Assembly (NCBI GenBank): GCA_001938485.1
Contig: MQRK01180445.1
Span: 133,561 to 193,542 of the forward strand
DNA length: 59,982 nucleotides
Origin: Girardia tigrina
Lineage: Eukaryota
Direction of reading: 5' to 3'
How positions within the stretch are numbered: the stretch's first letter is position 1; every line of letters begins with the position of its first letter. Under the pieces are notes generated by a model that was given only the letters and a program-made list of their open reading frames with translations, did not search any database and was not told the DNA's origin. This document shows, one piece after another, positions 1 through 12,901 of this stretch. A program made the position numbers and the translations under genes.

Positions 1-3000
1 TATCTGTCAAGAAATACCTTATTTATTTTCATACGATAGTTCAAAGTTAAGTTATACGCGATTGAAATGTAAGGTGTGAAGTTTGACCCGTTTCATATCG
101 AACAACCTAATATTACTCATCAACTATTTTTTCCCTTGTACAATTCTAAAATTAAAAGTATTTTATAAAAAAATTTTCTCCATGTACCTCACTTTGCTTT
201 TGTACTAATATATATTGTTTTAATTTTCTTTTTATCTGAGTTAATTATAATATATTTCTTAGTTTTAAATTTTCACTTTATTTTATTATATATATAATAA
301 TCGAAAGGAAACTTATAAATCGCAGTTTTGATTTCTCAGGTTTCTTATTATTTTACTCTTTCGTTATAGTTAAATCATAACAATATCTATTTATAAATAT
401 TATTTATTTATATTTTTTAATTAATATTTTTATCTTTTAGTTTTTATAATTCTAAATTTACAAAATTTTCTTTTTAATGAAATATTTAATCAAACAGTTG
501 TTATAAATTTTAATCAAAAATATTATTATTTTTAAATAATGTTAAATATAATAAATTTAATTTATATCAACTTAAAAAGTTGTAATTATCCTTTAATTAA
601 TTAAAATACGGTTGTTAGTTTTCTTTTTATATTATTTGTTTGAATTCTATTTTTACGAAGAAACTTTAAACTTTATATCAACAGAAAAGGGAAAGAAATT
701 ATTTCTATTTAAATATGTTCAAATAAATGTGGAAAAATAAATAATCTTTTATTAAAGAACAATAGCGTTAATTTTAAAACATAGAAAAGTCAGAGATTGG
801 AATAAGAAATAAGTTTAAGATTTTTTATTTTAATTAAATATATAATCTGTCAGATTTTGAATTTGTAATAAATATATAGATGTATGTAATTAAATATAAG
901 AATAATTTATTAGTTTTTTGAAAAACAAATCTATTTTATTTATTAATTCTATTCTTTATTTTCAAGAAGACACCTACTTATCCCATCATACATTCTAGGT
1001 TGACACTTTATTTAAAGATTCCTTAAAAGATCCTCTGATAAAAGGTCTAGACTCGAGACACTTTCTACACGTGTTAATTCATGTTTAAGATGTTTGAATA
1101 AAGGAAAACGTTCCGGCAAAACAAAATTCGGTTATCAAATAAAATACTGAAAATAAATTGCGTTTTGTGCAATGAAATTGTTAGAGGAGTCACGATTGTA
1201 TATTATATAATATATTATTGGTTACATCATATATAAACTAACTGTGTTATACTTAGTAGTGTGTTCAATAAGTATTCGACATAAAGTAACAAAATGTAAT
1301 AGCCAATTTTAGTTTTTTGTGTAATAAAATAAATTAATATAAATTTAATTTCAGTAATTGTTTTGTTTTATTAAGAGCATTAAATTTTTTATTGTTAAAT
1401 TTCAAATGTTTAATATCACAGCGTTATCAAGTTCTTTGAGTTACAGAGGAAGACGTGCTGTGAAATCTATGATCTTTTGCAGATTACTTACCTACATAAC
1501 TCTGTTAAATATTAAGTGAGAGAGTTTAAAAGTTTTTCTGATCAAAAAAATCAGGTTGGCATAACTTTTGCCACAGTATTTGCCAAAGAGATAGGAAGTT
1601 GATGTCTAAGAAGAGCATCAAATTACCATGAACAAAGTCAACAAAGCTTAACACCAGTGTTAGCAAAACCCATGACACATAAAAATTTATGTTTCAGAAA
1701 ACTTTATACCAGATTCCTACTATGCTTCCTGACTGGTTAATGATGCTAAATAACTCGGAGTGCAATATTGATAATTGTTTTAAATAAATTTAATATATTT
1801 TTTAAAATATATATATATATATATTTGTTGATGTTAATAAATTTGTTGATTTTCAATATTTCAGACTTTTTCTATTTATTATTTTGAAGAGTTTTGAAGA
1901 CTTAATTGATTAGATCATCATTAGTTATACTTGAAAAACGTAAAGAACATTTTTGTAGGATAATAAAACCTTTAAGGTTTTAATTTTCAACAAAGAATTT
2001 TTTTTCGTGTGAAAAAAACAAACCTAAAACGGTGTGAGTCTTGATGTGCACAAGACTTTCATTAAAAAATGAAAAAGCATACGCCAGTAATTCTCAAAAG
2101 TGTAAGCCACTCATCTTAGTTAATTTTGAATAGGACGTCCACAATAGAATTTTCTTCATCTAATGTTGTTGATGACAAGAATAAAATATTTATTTTGGAC
2201 AAGGGGTTTATTTTTCTCCTTCATATAAACTATGATTGAGCGTTAAGTGATAGTATGGTAACAGCTCAGATTCTAATTATTGTTGAATATTTGCTCTGAA
2301 GAGACACAATCATATTTAAAAAGAACGGAAACACAGATACATACTTTTTTATAGTAAATACAAAACTACATATGTCCAGAATGAAAATAAAATTTGTATA
2401 TCAATATACTGTATGTGTTTTGATTTTCTTTCAACAATGATAAATGTGTCGATAGATCGTGGTTAAGTTACTGGGATACAAACTTACAAGACCCTATTTA
2501 AACGGAAACTTCACTCATTAGTTCAAACAACTATAAGGGTTTATAGAAAGAGAACCCTTTCCATCTCAGATCTCAAGTGCAAATATTTAAATAAAGGAGT
2601 TAAATGTTGTATATTCTTTGTACATTTCATTTTAATTTATTAATCTACTTTATTTGAGTATTGACATTTAATCAAATTTGGTTGAATACTTTAACAGCAA
2701 TATTTTGAAAAAATCCTGTCTCAATACATCAATTTGCAATACATCAGTAACTCAAAAAATTCTCGAAATTGATCTTTAATGCATGTCAAAATTAATTATC
2801 AGAAATTAATAATAATCTTCGAATTAAAATTTTCAAAAAACTTTAAAATTGATAAAAAACAAATAATTTAAAAAATGATATTAATGACCACTCACTCTGA
2901 TTAGCCAGCCAATAAAAGCGAGTCATTTGACACGCCGATCAATTCAGTCATTCTCAAATTTTGACACACACACACTCGATGAACTTTTCGTTTGGATTTG

Positions 3001-4369
3001 AATTTAAATCAAAAATAAAAATTATTGTTTTTTAATAAATAATTTTATTTCTTTTTTTCTGTAATTTAAATTATTTAATTTATTTATACAAATATATTTT
3101 ATAAATAAATATTTAAATTTCAGAAACAATAATAATCATTTAATTTTGTTTTTTTATGACTTAATAAATCATAAAAGAACTAATTTATTATTTTGCTGAC
3201 TTAATTTAAATTACTTTGTTTTTTTAATTTAAATATTTTAATTTATAAACAGTTATGAATTATTATATCAAATAAATCATTTCATTATTGTTTTTTAATG
3301 TTTCTTTTTCAGATAATTAATTTAAAAAAAATGTCATTAAAAATATGATTAATTTAAAATAATGCTCTACATTTATAATTTATTTTAATTTCAAACAGCC
3401 ATTAACATGCATGGTTAATTATCTATTTTCTCAAATAATAATTTCATATGAATGGGTGAGGTTACTTCCGCTTTTCTAAATCAATTTAAACACGTTAATA
3501 AAAATAAAATAAAATAACATAAAAGCTTTTCCTTTATTTCTCACGTAGAGTTAACTATTGGTTACGTCAAAATTAAATTTTATTGTTTTATTGATTAAAT
3601 TAGTAATATTTAAACAAAGTAAGATTCGTGTGTTAATTAATAAAGGTTAATAATATTATTTTTACTGAATAAAATTTTCTATTTTAATTATATAATATGA
3701 TTAATCTTTGTTAGTATTCTCATTGATCAATATAAATTATTTCTTAATAATTATTATAATTTTAAATTAGAAAATATATAATATAATATAACATGTGATT
3801 TTAATTTATTTATTTAATTGAAATAATTTTTTTTAATAATTATGTATGACATGATAAGAAATTTATATTATTTGTCTATTTGTCTGTCTGTCTGAATACA
3901 AATGGAAGAAGACCAACCTAAAAATCTTAATTCAAGAATTTATTTTCAATAATATATTTTAAGTAATGAAATTAGAAAAATATTATAGAAAAAATTAATT
4001 TTAAATATGTACAGATTAATCAATTATCTGACTCTTTTTTCATGATTTTATTTTAATATTTATTATTTAATTTTTAATATTATCTAGTTATCATTAAAAC
4101 TAAAATAGAAATTTGAAATTACGAAAAAAATCATAAAATTAAATATTGATAAAAATAAAAAGGTAACAAATAATTTATTTAAAAAAGAAATTTATAAATT
4201 GAAATACATATTAGCATTATAATTTATTTTTTTGTCATTTGTTAACAAAAATTTAAAAATAGATAAAATCAAATCAAAAAGGATAAAAACTTCTACTAAT
4301 AATAATGAATGAGATAAATTATTTATACCGAGTCAAATAATCTAGTTCATAATTAATTTTATAATAATA

Positions 4370-4940
4370 TTGCAAGCTGAGTGTATTACACCTTAAAAGC
4401 ATTACAGAAGAATTCAATGAAGAAAAATGATGAATATTGTTGCGGACTTTGATTCTTGATTGACGTACTATGGCATCTGAATGATAAATGTGTACTTATT
4501 CAGAAACCTCTTGTACTTGTTTGTTAGTCATATTCGTAATAATCTCCTGTGTGTGTATATTTTCTTTATTTCTGTTCTGTGACAGTTTTGTGACCTACAA
4601 CTATTATTTGTTTTACTTTAGTATGTGTTTTTTGTGTTGTTTTGTACATCACAGAAACATGAGTGAGATACATGTGAAAGAGAAGAGAGGGAACATGAAA
4701 GTTTTTTATTTTTGTACAATAATGAACTTTGATGTTCACACGAGAAAGACTATGACATATGTATCATGTTTTTAAGATCACATCACAATAATCGATACTT
4801 CAAATTACTGATAATTTTTCAATAATCCTAAAGTCATGATCGTTTATCTCTTGAAGCATGCTACATGATAGTTGTCGTTTCACAATGGCAGATATTTTTC
4901 ATCCTAGATATTATGGTCAGGAAACTGACAATTATAATTC
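4370..4940 (+). mobile_element. Highly degenerate hAT (GTF2IRD2/Charlie-like) transposase remnant
   Basis: Manual translation gives FLIDVLWHLNDK (~4452-4487), resembling hAT LAFLVDIxxHLNxLN, and LEACYMIVVSQ (~4850-4885), resembling the end of the hATC dimerisation domain. Many stops. Confidence 0.3.
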
Positions 4941-4989
4941 AATTCATAATATATCTCAAAGCAATATTATGATTTAAAAATGATTGATA

Positions 4990-5330
4990 AAATCGATCAC
5001 AAATAATTTAATATTAAATACGATTATTAATTGCATCTCGTTGCATTATCGTACAACTTCTCGTACTAGCAACAAGAAAAACTAATTTTCCGGTTATCGA
5101 AATCATCAGGAAATTAATTAATTCGACTAATAGTAACAGACCCGAAAATAATTTGTATCGAACTGCAATATAATTCTTTCCGATCAACTCAATCAAGTCG
5201 GGTAAACAGACGACCCTGACAACTCTCGCAAAAACAAATAAACCCGCGGTCCGAAGAGTGCAATCTTACACAAGCCGAGTGTATTATCGACTAATCATTC
5301 GCTTCGATCAAGTGTTCCAGCCGCAAGATT
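4990..5330 (-). pseudogene. CpG/TCGA-rich fragment of a membrane-protein coding sequence (possibly MFS/SLC22-like)
   Basis: Hydrophobic ORF 5014-5196. The upstream frame reads LFVFARVV...LIELIGKNY, loosely like the SLC22 RFxxG...ExxGxxYR region. Composition differs sharply from the flanks. Confidence 0.2.
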
Positions 5331-6334
5331 GAACTTATCGTTATTATTTTCAATCAATTTTGTGACGTTTGACTTCTCTATCTCACTATTTCTTTGTTTG
5401 TGTTATAAAGCAACTTGAATTCTCTTCCACTCTTTCTATTTTGAATTGATATTAATATAGTTATTGTTCGATAGTTTTTATTTACTTCTTTTGTCTTATT
5501 ATTTACGAGATTGCGTAATCCAGTTGATAAGATTCTTTGATCTTATTAACTCGCTTCCGTAGTAAATATCATTATAAATATTTGTCGAATATATTCTTTA
5601 TATTCTTTAAAATTTTCTCTTTTCTCTACATTCCAACAGTCCTATAATTGTGGGCAATATTTTTTTCATTCTGAAACAAACATAAGTGAATGATTGAATA
5701 AATATTTTGTGACCAATATAATTATCCATTACACAGAGTCAATGTACATTTTTTTTCTTACTTCACACCTCCTTGAAAGCATCCTAAAATTGTTTTAATG
5801 ATCTAGGATATTTCCAAATTTTCTTCCGAATTGTTTCCTATCCGAAAACCAATAACATTGACATTTATACTGCTTTACAGCTTTAATCTGATGAACTTCA
5901 GTGCCAATGTTTTTCAAATGTGTGCTATTTTTCTTGAACATTAGGTTTAGTCTTCTTACTTCACAACTTTCAGGCAGGTGAACACTTGCAAGTAGCTTTT
6001 CGGTTACAAAATCAATTAGTCACATCTTTCTCTAGGAACTTTTATTTTGCTAGTGAATGTTGTCTCCACCGAAAACATGACTCTTCTCTACTAATTTTTG
6101 GACAGTTCTTGTACTTGTTTCTATATACCTCTTTGGCCTTGTATTGCTTGACTGTAGAGACATTGGTACAATTATTCCCTTGATGTATTTGCATCTTTTA
6201 GTTTTATATGGAAAGGATAAACTAGGTAACAAACAAAAATAACGTTAATTGCAGTTTTTAGGCATCAATATACCAATACTTAAGTATTTCATCTTCTAAT
6301 AATAAACAAAAATCCCTAAAAGGACAAATAAATA

Positions 6335-6610
6335 ATGAGTTCAGAACAGAAAACTCTGTACCTCATAGGTGTCAAGTGTCCATATGACACACAGAAAAAT
6401 ATTGAACACAGCAATACAAATAACTTGGATCACTACAAGTTCTTAGCTATTGCATATAGAAGGGCCACGCTGAATACAACTGTACTGCTCCACACCCTTC
6501 ATGTAGGGTGTATCGGAACTTGACCAAAACGCAGTACAAGTATTCTGACAAGTCTAAAAATCCCTCCAAAGACTATTAGGAAAATTATGATAGCGTGGTC
6601 GAGATGAAGG
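6335..6610 (+). mobile_element. Non-LTR retrotransposon remnant, restriction-like endonuclease (R2/NeSL/Utopia-type) C-terminus
   Basis: LYLIGVKCPYD...NNLDHYKFLA...LHVGCIGT*PKRSTSILTSLKIP matches the RLE pattern hhDVxxPxE...KxxKYxxL...VGxLGxW...LxxLGI, with degenerate catalytic positions and a stop. Confidence 0.6.
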
Positions 6611-8540
6611 ATGCCCAGGGATCCGTAGACTTAACTGGATCGAGATGAAAGAGGAGGAATTAGCCATGGATTCTATACTGACAATGGATGAACCAGACAG
6701 TATGAAGGAGCGACAGTCCTTGTTAATTGGCTCAATTTATACATACATAAAATTGAACAATATGTGGATGAGAACAAGTACTCTTCCTCTGATGAAGAAA
6801 CAAAAACTGGTAAAAAACTATGGCACAACTCACTAACCGTGCGAATTTATATAGGACTGAACGGGTACTAAAAATAGTTCTAGATAGGCACATTTATCTT
6901 TTTAGTGGAATATCAGTACATCACAAGGGTCAAAGTTTTGTTACTCAATTAGAAAAAAAATTATGAATTGCACGCAAACATATGTACGCTGAACAATTAC
7001 ATTACCTACGCCGGTAGACGATCTTTTCAGGGCAATACTGTGTATTAAATAAATTTAAATCATCTATATTAATCTATATAAGTAAATGTACAATTTAAGT
7101 TCTTCGTTTTCAACAATCTGAAAATATCAAAAATAGTGATACATTATTTAAAATACAAATTATTTTAACTTGAAGCGGAAAGACAACAGAGGCGAGAGAA
7201 TACATTTTTTTTGAAGTAGAAAGATATGTGAAAGAGACATAAAAAGAACCCTTGATATAAAATATATTAGTAATAATTGTTACCGGCTTTTAATGAACAA
7301 AAGTATTCTTTAAAAGAAATGGTCGAAATTTATTAACAACATAGAAAATTCTCTTTCGATTTACTAAAAAACGGAAAACTAATTTATAAAAGTGCTGTTC
7401 AAAAAGACTTATGAATGCAATAAAACTATATGACAGTGGAAATTATCATTAATTATAATTTAATTATTAATATGATTTAATTTTACATCTTTATTAGGAA
7501 TTTCACATGTTTGGTAGAGCATCAACATTCTAAAAAGCATACGCCAAACAACCTTAGCCTATTTGAAGGATATAAAATCAATTTAAAAAATGGAAATTCG
7601 TAAAGAAACGACATTTATTCATAAAAATATTACTTTTATTATTTCTTTTTCATTTTAAAGTCTATTTTGAACAAATATTAAAACAATAAATAACCTTCTT
7701 ATTTAATTATAAAAAATAATAAAAAAACTTTATCCAAAATATTTTTGAAAAAAAGATTTTTTTTTCAAATTTTATCCTTTTACTGAATTTTTATTAATAT
7801 AATGAACCCACAATATAAAGATTTTAAAAATTCATTAAGCAATACATTTTGCTCGTATTGATATATTATTATTATAATGAATTGTTGTTGACTCTTAATG
7901 CAACTGACAAAAATAACAAACACAAAAAGCAAAATTACAAAATATATGAGTTTTAAGAAAGCAAATTGATTATAAAAGACAAGTCATGTCCTTTTGACCC
8001 TTAAAGTTAGATGATAGTGATGTTCAGTTTCTATAATGAACAAATTTTTCAATTTATTTCAATATTATTTATATTTTCATTTGTCAATAAAGTTGCATTT
8101 TTTGTAATACAAATCTGTTTTACAAATTTCAAAATAATGATTGTAACTTTTTAATTTTTTTTAATAATTCATATAAAAATCAAATAATAAATAACATTTG
8201 TAATTTAAAAAATTATTTTAATTTTACTGAATCCAAAAACAAATATATAATTAACATTTTACTTTTAGATTATCCAATCGAATTTTATGTTTTATATGTA
8301 AACAACTTTGTTCCATATATGATTTTATATGTAATTCTCTAATAAAAAAGTCATCAATCTAAACTTTTTAATGTTTTATATTCATTATCTGTTGTAATAA
8401 AACACTTTTACATGTATAGTAATGTTAGAAATTGGTTTTATTATAAGGAAAAAAGGGAATTCGATATATATATATATATATATGAATAACAGAATTCATC
8501 CATTAAAAAATATTTATTGACAATATATTTTGATGGATCA

Positions 8541-8933
8541 ATCTTCAACCGTCATCTTCATGTCACTGCTTAATAATTAATTCATCTGTACATAAATGAA
8601 TAAATACATTATGAATAACTAATCGATTACAAGAAATCATGCAAAAATTCTCAATAAGCTGGTTGAGACTGCCGATTAAACATTGATTTTAGGTCATCTT
8701 GACCTAATTAACAATGCTTCACACGACCTTTTCCCCTAATAACTGTCAAAATGTTTACAAAGAATCTTAAAATTATCATTATTAACATCACATTTACATT
8801 TTGTCTTATGTTCTGCAATATTACTCTTACTCTCTTTTCGACCATGTTCTTGAATTCGTTTACAGAGATGACGGGCATTCTCTTCAATGAATTTTGCATC
8901 GCACCCATTAATTTATACTCATAAACAATATCA
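8541..8933 (-). mobile_element. Penelope-like element 3' end: GIY-YIG endonuclease remnant plus eroded hammerhead
   Basis: A frame outside the ORF track reads DIVYEYK/NGCDAKFIEENARHLCKRIQEH...SNIAEHKTKC...NFKIL...CEALLIRSR*PKINV*...LLRIFA*, the PLE VYxxxCxxCxxxYIGETxRxLxxRxxEH...EAxxIxxxxPxxN pattern. Downstream 8541-8565 reads UGAAGAUGACGGUUGAA on the minus strand, a deleted version of the hammerhead at 42904-42942. Confidence 0.8.
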
Positions 8934-10399
8934 TAACAGTAGTAAATGTGTAATAAATTTATTACTGAACATATTTTGAATTTTATGAGATCGTGATGTA
9001 ATTTTTAAAATTTTATTCATTGTTAGTTGCTTTTAACAATGCATTTTTAAAGTTTTTAAATCCTTCACAATAAGGTGCAATTAAGCAGCATTTATTATTA
9101 TATAATACTTTTTTTGTAGCAGAAAAGGTTGAGATTGAGAGGTTTGCGTTTGTAAAAAGAATTATAAATTATAATAAATTATAAACTAAATTAAAAATAC
9201 ATCATTGCAAAACTAATATTTAAAAATTGTCTTCAATTAATTTACAAAAGCAAATGAAAGATTTTTAATATTCAAATTTATAATTAATATAACTAGAAAT
9301 AGCTTTTAAAAATGATGTATTTAAAGCATCATTATTCTTGTTGTAAAGATAAAATAATTTTGTATAGGAATAATTTAAAATTCCGTCAAATCTTTTCTTT
9401 ATTATTTCATTACTTCTTTTATCCGTTAAATTATCGGTTCCATTTAGATTAAATGATCAGGATGCACTGCATTTAATTATAATTATTTTATTTAATTTAC
9501 TTATAATGTGCATAAATAAAACTCGATATTGTTAAATATCTTTAAACACAACAAAAATTAAAAATTATTTTTCTTTATTTTTTGATAGAAAATGGTATTA
9601 TTACAATTTATTATTACTTATTATTTTACAAAATATATAATATAAAATAATAATATTCCTCTGTATATAGTTAATAGCTTATAGTTTTATAAATTACATA
9701 GGAATACATATATGAATGAAGTAGTAATAGAGGAGTGCATTAGTAAAAAAAACCTCAAATACCATGTTACTTATCTGCCTGATTGAGTATTGACCGAAGA
9801 ACCTGATAAAATGTTATGAAAAAATAATTCACTTAAAATGCGATTGTGAATATTATTTTGTAATGTTTTATATTCAAAATTTTCCTTATTCTTTATTAAG
9901 TATGTTTTGGAAGTTCAAAATTTTCCGATTATATTCTACTGATAGAAAATTTTGTATATTTGATTTCTGGAATTAATAATCGTCGCTCATTTTCTACTCA
10001 TTTAATAAATTATATATAAAAAATATTTATTTTGTCTAACTAAAACAATGATAAATTATTTGACTTAAATACAAATTTTCCATTAACTTTAATGTATATA
10101 ATTTTCATTTAATTAAAACTTACATTTTATTCAAGAATTTTTTGTTTAACTATAAGAAACAAATACTTGTTTCATCACATAATTGCGGTTTTAAATTTAA
10201 TTGCATAAAATTTTGAAAATTAATATTTCAATCTCCCGAACGGCTTCTCATATTTAAATAGTAGAAAAAATGTTTACATATAAGTGTTAATAAGATTAAA
10301 TGTTTTTTTAACTTTGTGAATGTTTCTTATCATTATGCGTTCTGCCCTTTCAAAACTTTAACATCCAGTCATGTTTAGTATTGCTTTATATCTTTACTT

Positions 10400-11469
10400 T
10401 GCTTTTGATAAAGACTAAGAATATTAAAATTTTTAGTTAGCTGCTGGACACTTTTCAAAGTAAATCTAGAACATTTACAGTTGCAGTTCTGGATTTTTCT
10501 CTAGCAGGAACATTATGCTTGAAGTGTGTAGAAGTAAACGATTTGAAAAAATTACCAAAAAGTAACTCGAAGATTTCAACATGAATTTTGGGAAAGGAGA
10601 CATTCAAATCATCCACACATATCAAAAAGAGAATACTGTGTAAAAGAAAAACTGTTTCAACATATAAGAGAAGTTATTCTTCTGCTTTTAAACAAACATC
10701 TGGGTTACAGAAGTTGCAGACCTCTGAAAGTATAATGAAAGTGTATATGATTACGTAAATCACGTTAAATGCGGTCAAGTACCATAGTGTAAGACGTTAT
10801 GAAAATATTTTTTTAGCAATGAGTGAACATTTATGCTGCTATTAAAGCATCACAGGTTTATATGTTGAGTAAACTAAATCCACATTTTTATAAGAACGTT
10901 GATTAAAATCTATCCACTGTGATACCATAGGCAGCTATGTCTGCCAAATATTTGATTGGTTCATTCTTCATTGATTGCTTAATATTATGCTGAATCTTAC
11001 ATTCATCTTTTGCTGACTGACTTTTTACAAGCTCAGAATGCTAAAACCATAATTGCCTCACTTTTCAAACAAGATAGAGCATAGGCTTACACTGCTCTAA
11101 GAATAAGAAACTTTACAGACTCCTTGACAGGTAAATTTTGCCAAATTTCATGGCCTCCCCCGAAGCCCGATCTTTTATCCTGCGATAATGCACTTTGGGG
11201 GATGATGAAACAAAAATCATGAAATGTAAGTTCAAAACCAATTACAAAGCGTGATTTGACTTTCATTTGCGGAAATTCAAGTCACTATATTGCCCTCTAT
11301 TATTGATCGCACTTTCCACAGATTACATCTGTGCATTGAAAAGAATAAATTACAAAGTGATCCATTTGATCATTAAAATACAGTATACATATGTCTTCAT
11401 TTCTTAAGTCATTATGAATATGCGTTCATATAAAACTCATTTAGTGGTATGGATTTATGAAACGACATG
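10400..11469 (+). mobile_element. Degenerate Tc1/mariner DDxD-type (maT/rosa-like) transposon
   Basis: 11063-11216 translates FKQDRA*AYT...SWPPPKPDLLSCDNALWGMMKQK (QDGA...WPPxSPDLxPxDxxLWG motif). A TIR-like end GGATTTATGAAACGACATG|TA lies at ~11451-11471. The left boundary is uncertain. A second copy of its 3' part lies at ~14465-14555. Confidence 0.6.
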
Positions 11470-11527
11470 TATATGCGTGAGTAGGGGAAAATGGTCATTC
11501 GACACCACCCCCCGGGGGTGGTATCCC

Positions 11528-11603
11528 ATTACCATGGCAACGGTTGCGGTAACCATGGAAACGAGTCCGGTTACCATAACAACGGTCGCGATCACCTAGC
11601 AAC
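11528..11603. promoter_or_regulatory. Array of four RFX X-box-like motifs with 21-bp periodicity
   Basis: ATTACCATGGCAAC (11528), GTAACCATGGAAAC (11549), GTTACCATAACAAC (11570), ATCACCTAGCAAC (11591). All resemble the RFX consensus GTNRCC(N0-3)RGYAAC, and the starts are exactly 21 nt apart. Confidence 0.55.
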
Positions 11604-12077
11604 ATTTATAATGTGCTAGTACAGTGCTTTTTAAGTTGCACATGTGCAAAAGTGTAAAAATCAATACATAAAAATTTTAAAAGTACTAGTATCAAAAATC
11701 GATATCATCTGATTGATGCACATTTTGATTGTCTATCTTAATGTACAATTAGGAATTTCATATATTGATTAATTTTCCCTTTAATTAGCATAATGTGTAA
11801 ATTTACACAAAATGCACATCGATTTTACAGACAGAAAAAAGCAGAAAAGTGCTGATGCACTTGAATTGTAACAAATATACTTACATTCAGATTTCACATC
11901 AACATTTTCGAAGAAGTGCTGATAAATCAATCTTTTCGAACATTTCTGAAATTCTCAAAAAAGTGCTCAAAAATCTATTTTTTCGTACATATATATGAAA
12001 CCCATATGATATATGTATGTTGTTTACCATCAAACAATACCTCATGAATCTCCTAATCTACATAAGTATAATCACAA

Positions 12078-12221
12078 GTACCATGGTTACCGTAACCAAG
12101 ATACATAACTTTTTATTTTACATGTTAAAACGACTTGTAAAAACTCCTGTTGTACGTCAAACATACATCAATATAATACATAACATTTGCCTAAGTATCA
12201 TGGTTGCCGTAACCATGATAC
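12078..12221. repeat. Two copies of a 27-bp palindrome
   Basis: GTACCATGGTT-ACCGT-AACCAAGATAC (12078-12104) and GTATCATGGTT-GCCGT-AACCATGATAC (12195-12221). The second copy has perfect 11-bp arms. Confidence 0.85.
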
Positions 12222-12229
12222 ATAACATT

Positions 12230-12232
<3 letters not shown>

Positions 12233-12282
<50 letters not shown>
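12233..12282. repeat. (TA)n microsatellite (others at ~1808-1823, 8464-8482, 43494-43535, 50537-50568)
   Basis: Directly visible dinucleotide runs. Confidence 0.95.
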
Positions 12283-12285
<3 letters not shown>

Positions 12286-12901
12286 AGTTGAAAACACCTT
12301 AGAAACCATAATTATTATCCTATAAACCATGAAAAACACCGTAAAAATCATAGAAAACATGTAAAAACCGTCAAAATTACACAAAAAAAGTGCAAAAATC
12401 AATACTACACATGTGCTGCTTAGGCTGTACATGTGTTAATCAATACTACACATGTGATAACCAGTAGTGCTTTTTCGAATATATGCACTTTATGTGTGCA
12501 AATATTATATTATAGATATGTATTATATTGTGATATTATAATATGTGCTCAACCAATATCGTATCAACCATTCTAAACATGACCGTGTAGTGCACACTCT
12601 ACTTCAAACACCAAAGTGCCCCATATCAAATGCACATTTTTATGAGTGTATAGAGCTTTTATTGTATGCGTTTGTGTGTCAGGATGAGTTGTGATTGTTG
12701 GTTTAGTTTATGTAGGTGTGTGCTGTTTAGTGTTTTTTAGTTCTCATGTATTTATTTTTTTATAAAGACTTATGATTTTTCGATCGTCATCTAATGACAT
12801 AATCTAATTTTATAATCTCCTGCTGAGTTTTACTACGAATGGTAAAATTTTCTTTATGGAGAAAATAATCATTACCAAAGAAGCAATTTCAATAATCGAA
12901 T

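Noticed and set aside
1033-1060. Hammerhead-like string CTGATAAAAGGTCTAGACTCGAGAC
   Set aside because: Both core boxes deviate (CUGAUAA instead of CUGANGA, GAGAC instead of GAAAC); at best a dead relic.
2885-2985. Promoter-like cluster (CCAAT, GAGTCA, CA run); similar patches at 21680-21790 and 34855-34900
   Set aside because: Short motifs occur by chance, and there is no linked first exon or TSS evidence.
3860-4346. Possible old Helitron ((TGTC)n near one end, CTAGT at the other)
   Set aside because: No terminal hairpin or TC start is recognisable.
11414-11599. ORF with repeated ITMATVAVTMET peptide
   Set aside because: It is the translation of the 21-bp DNA motif array and spans a TE junction.
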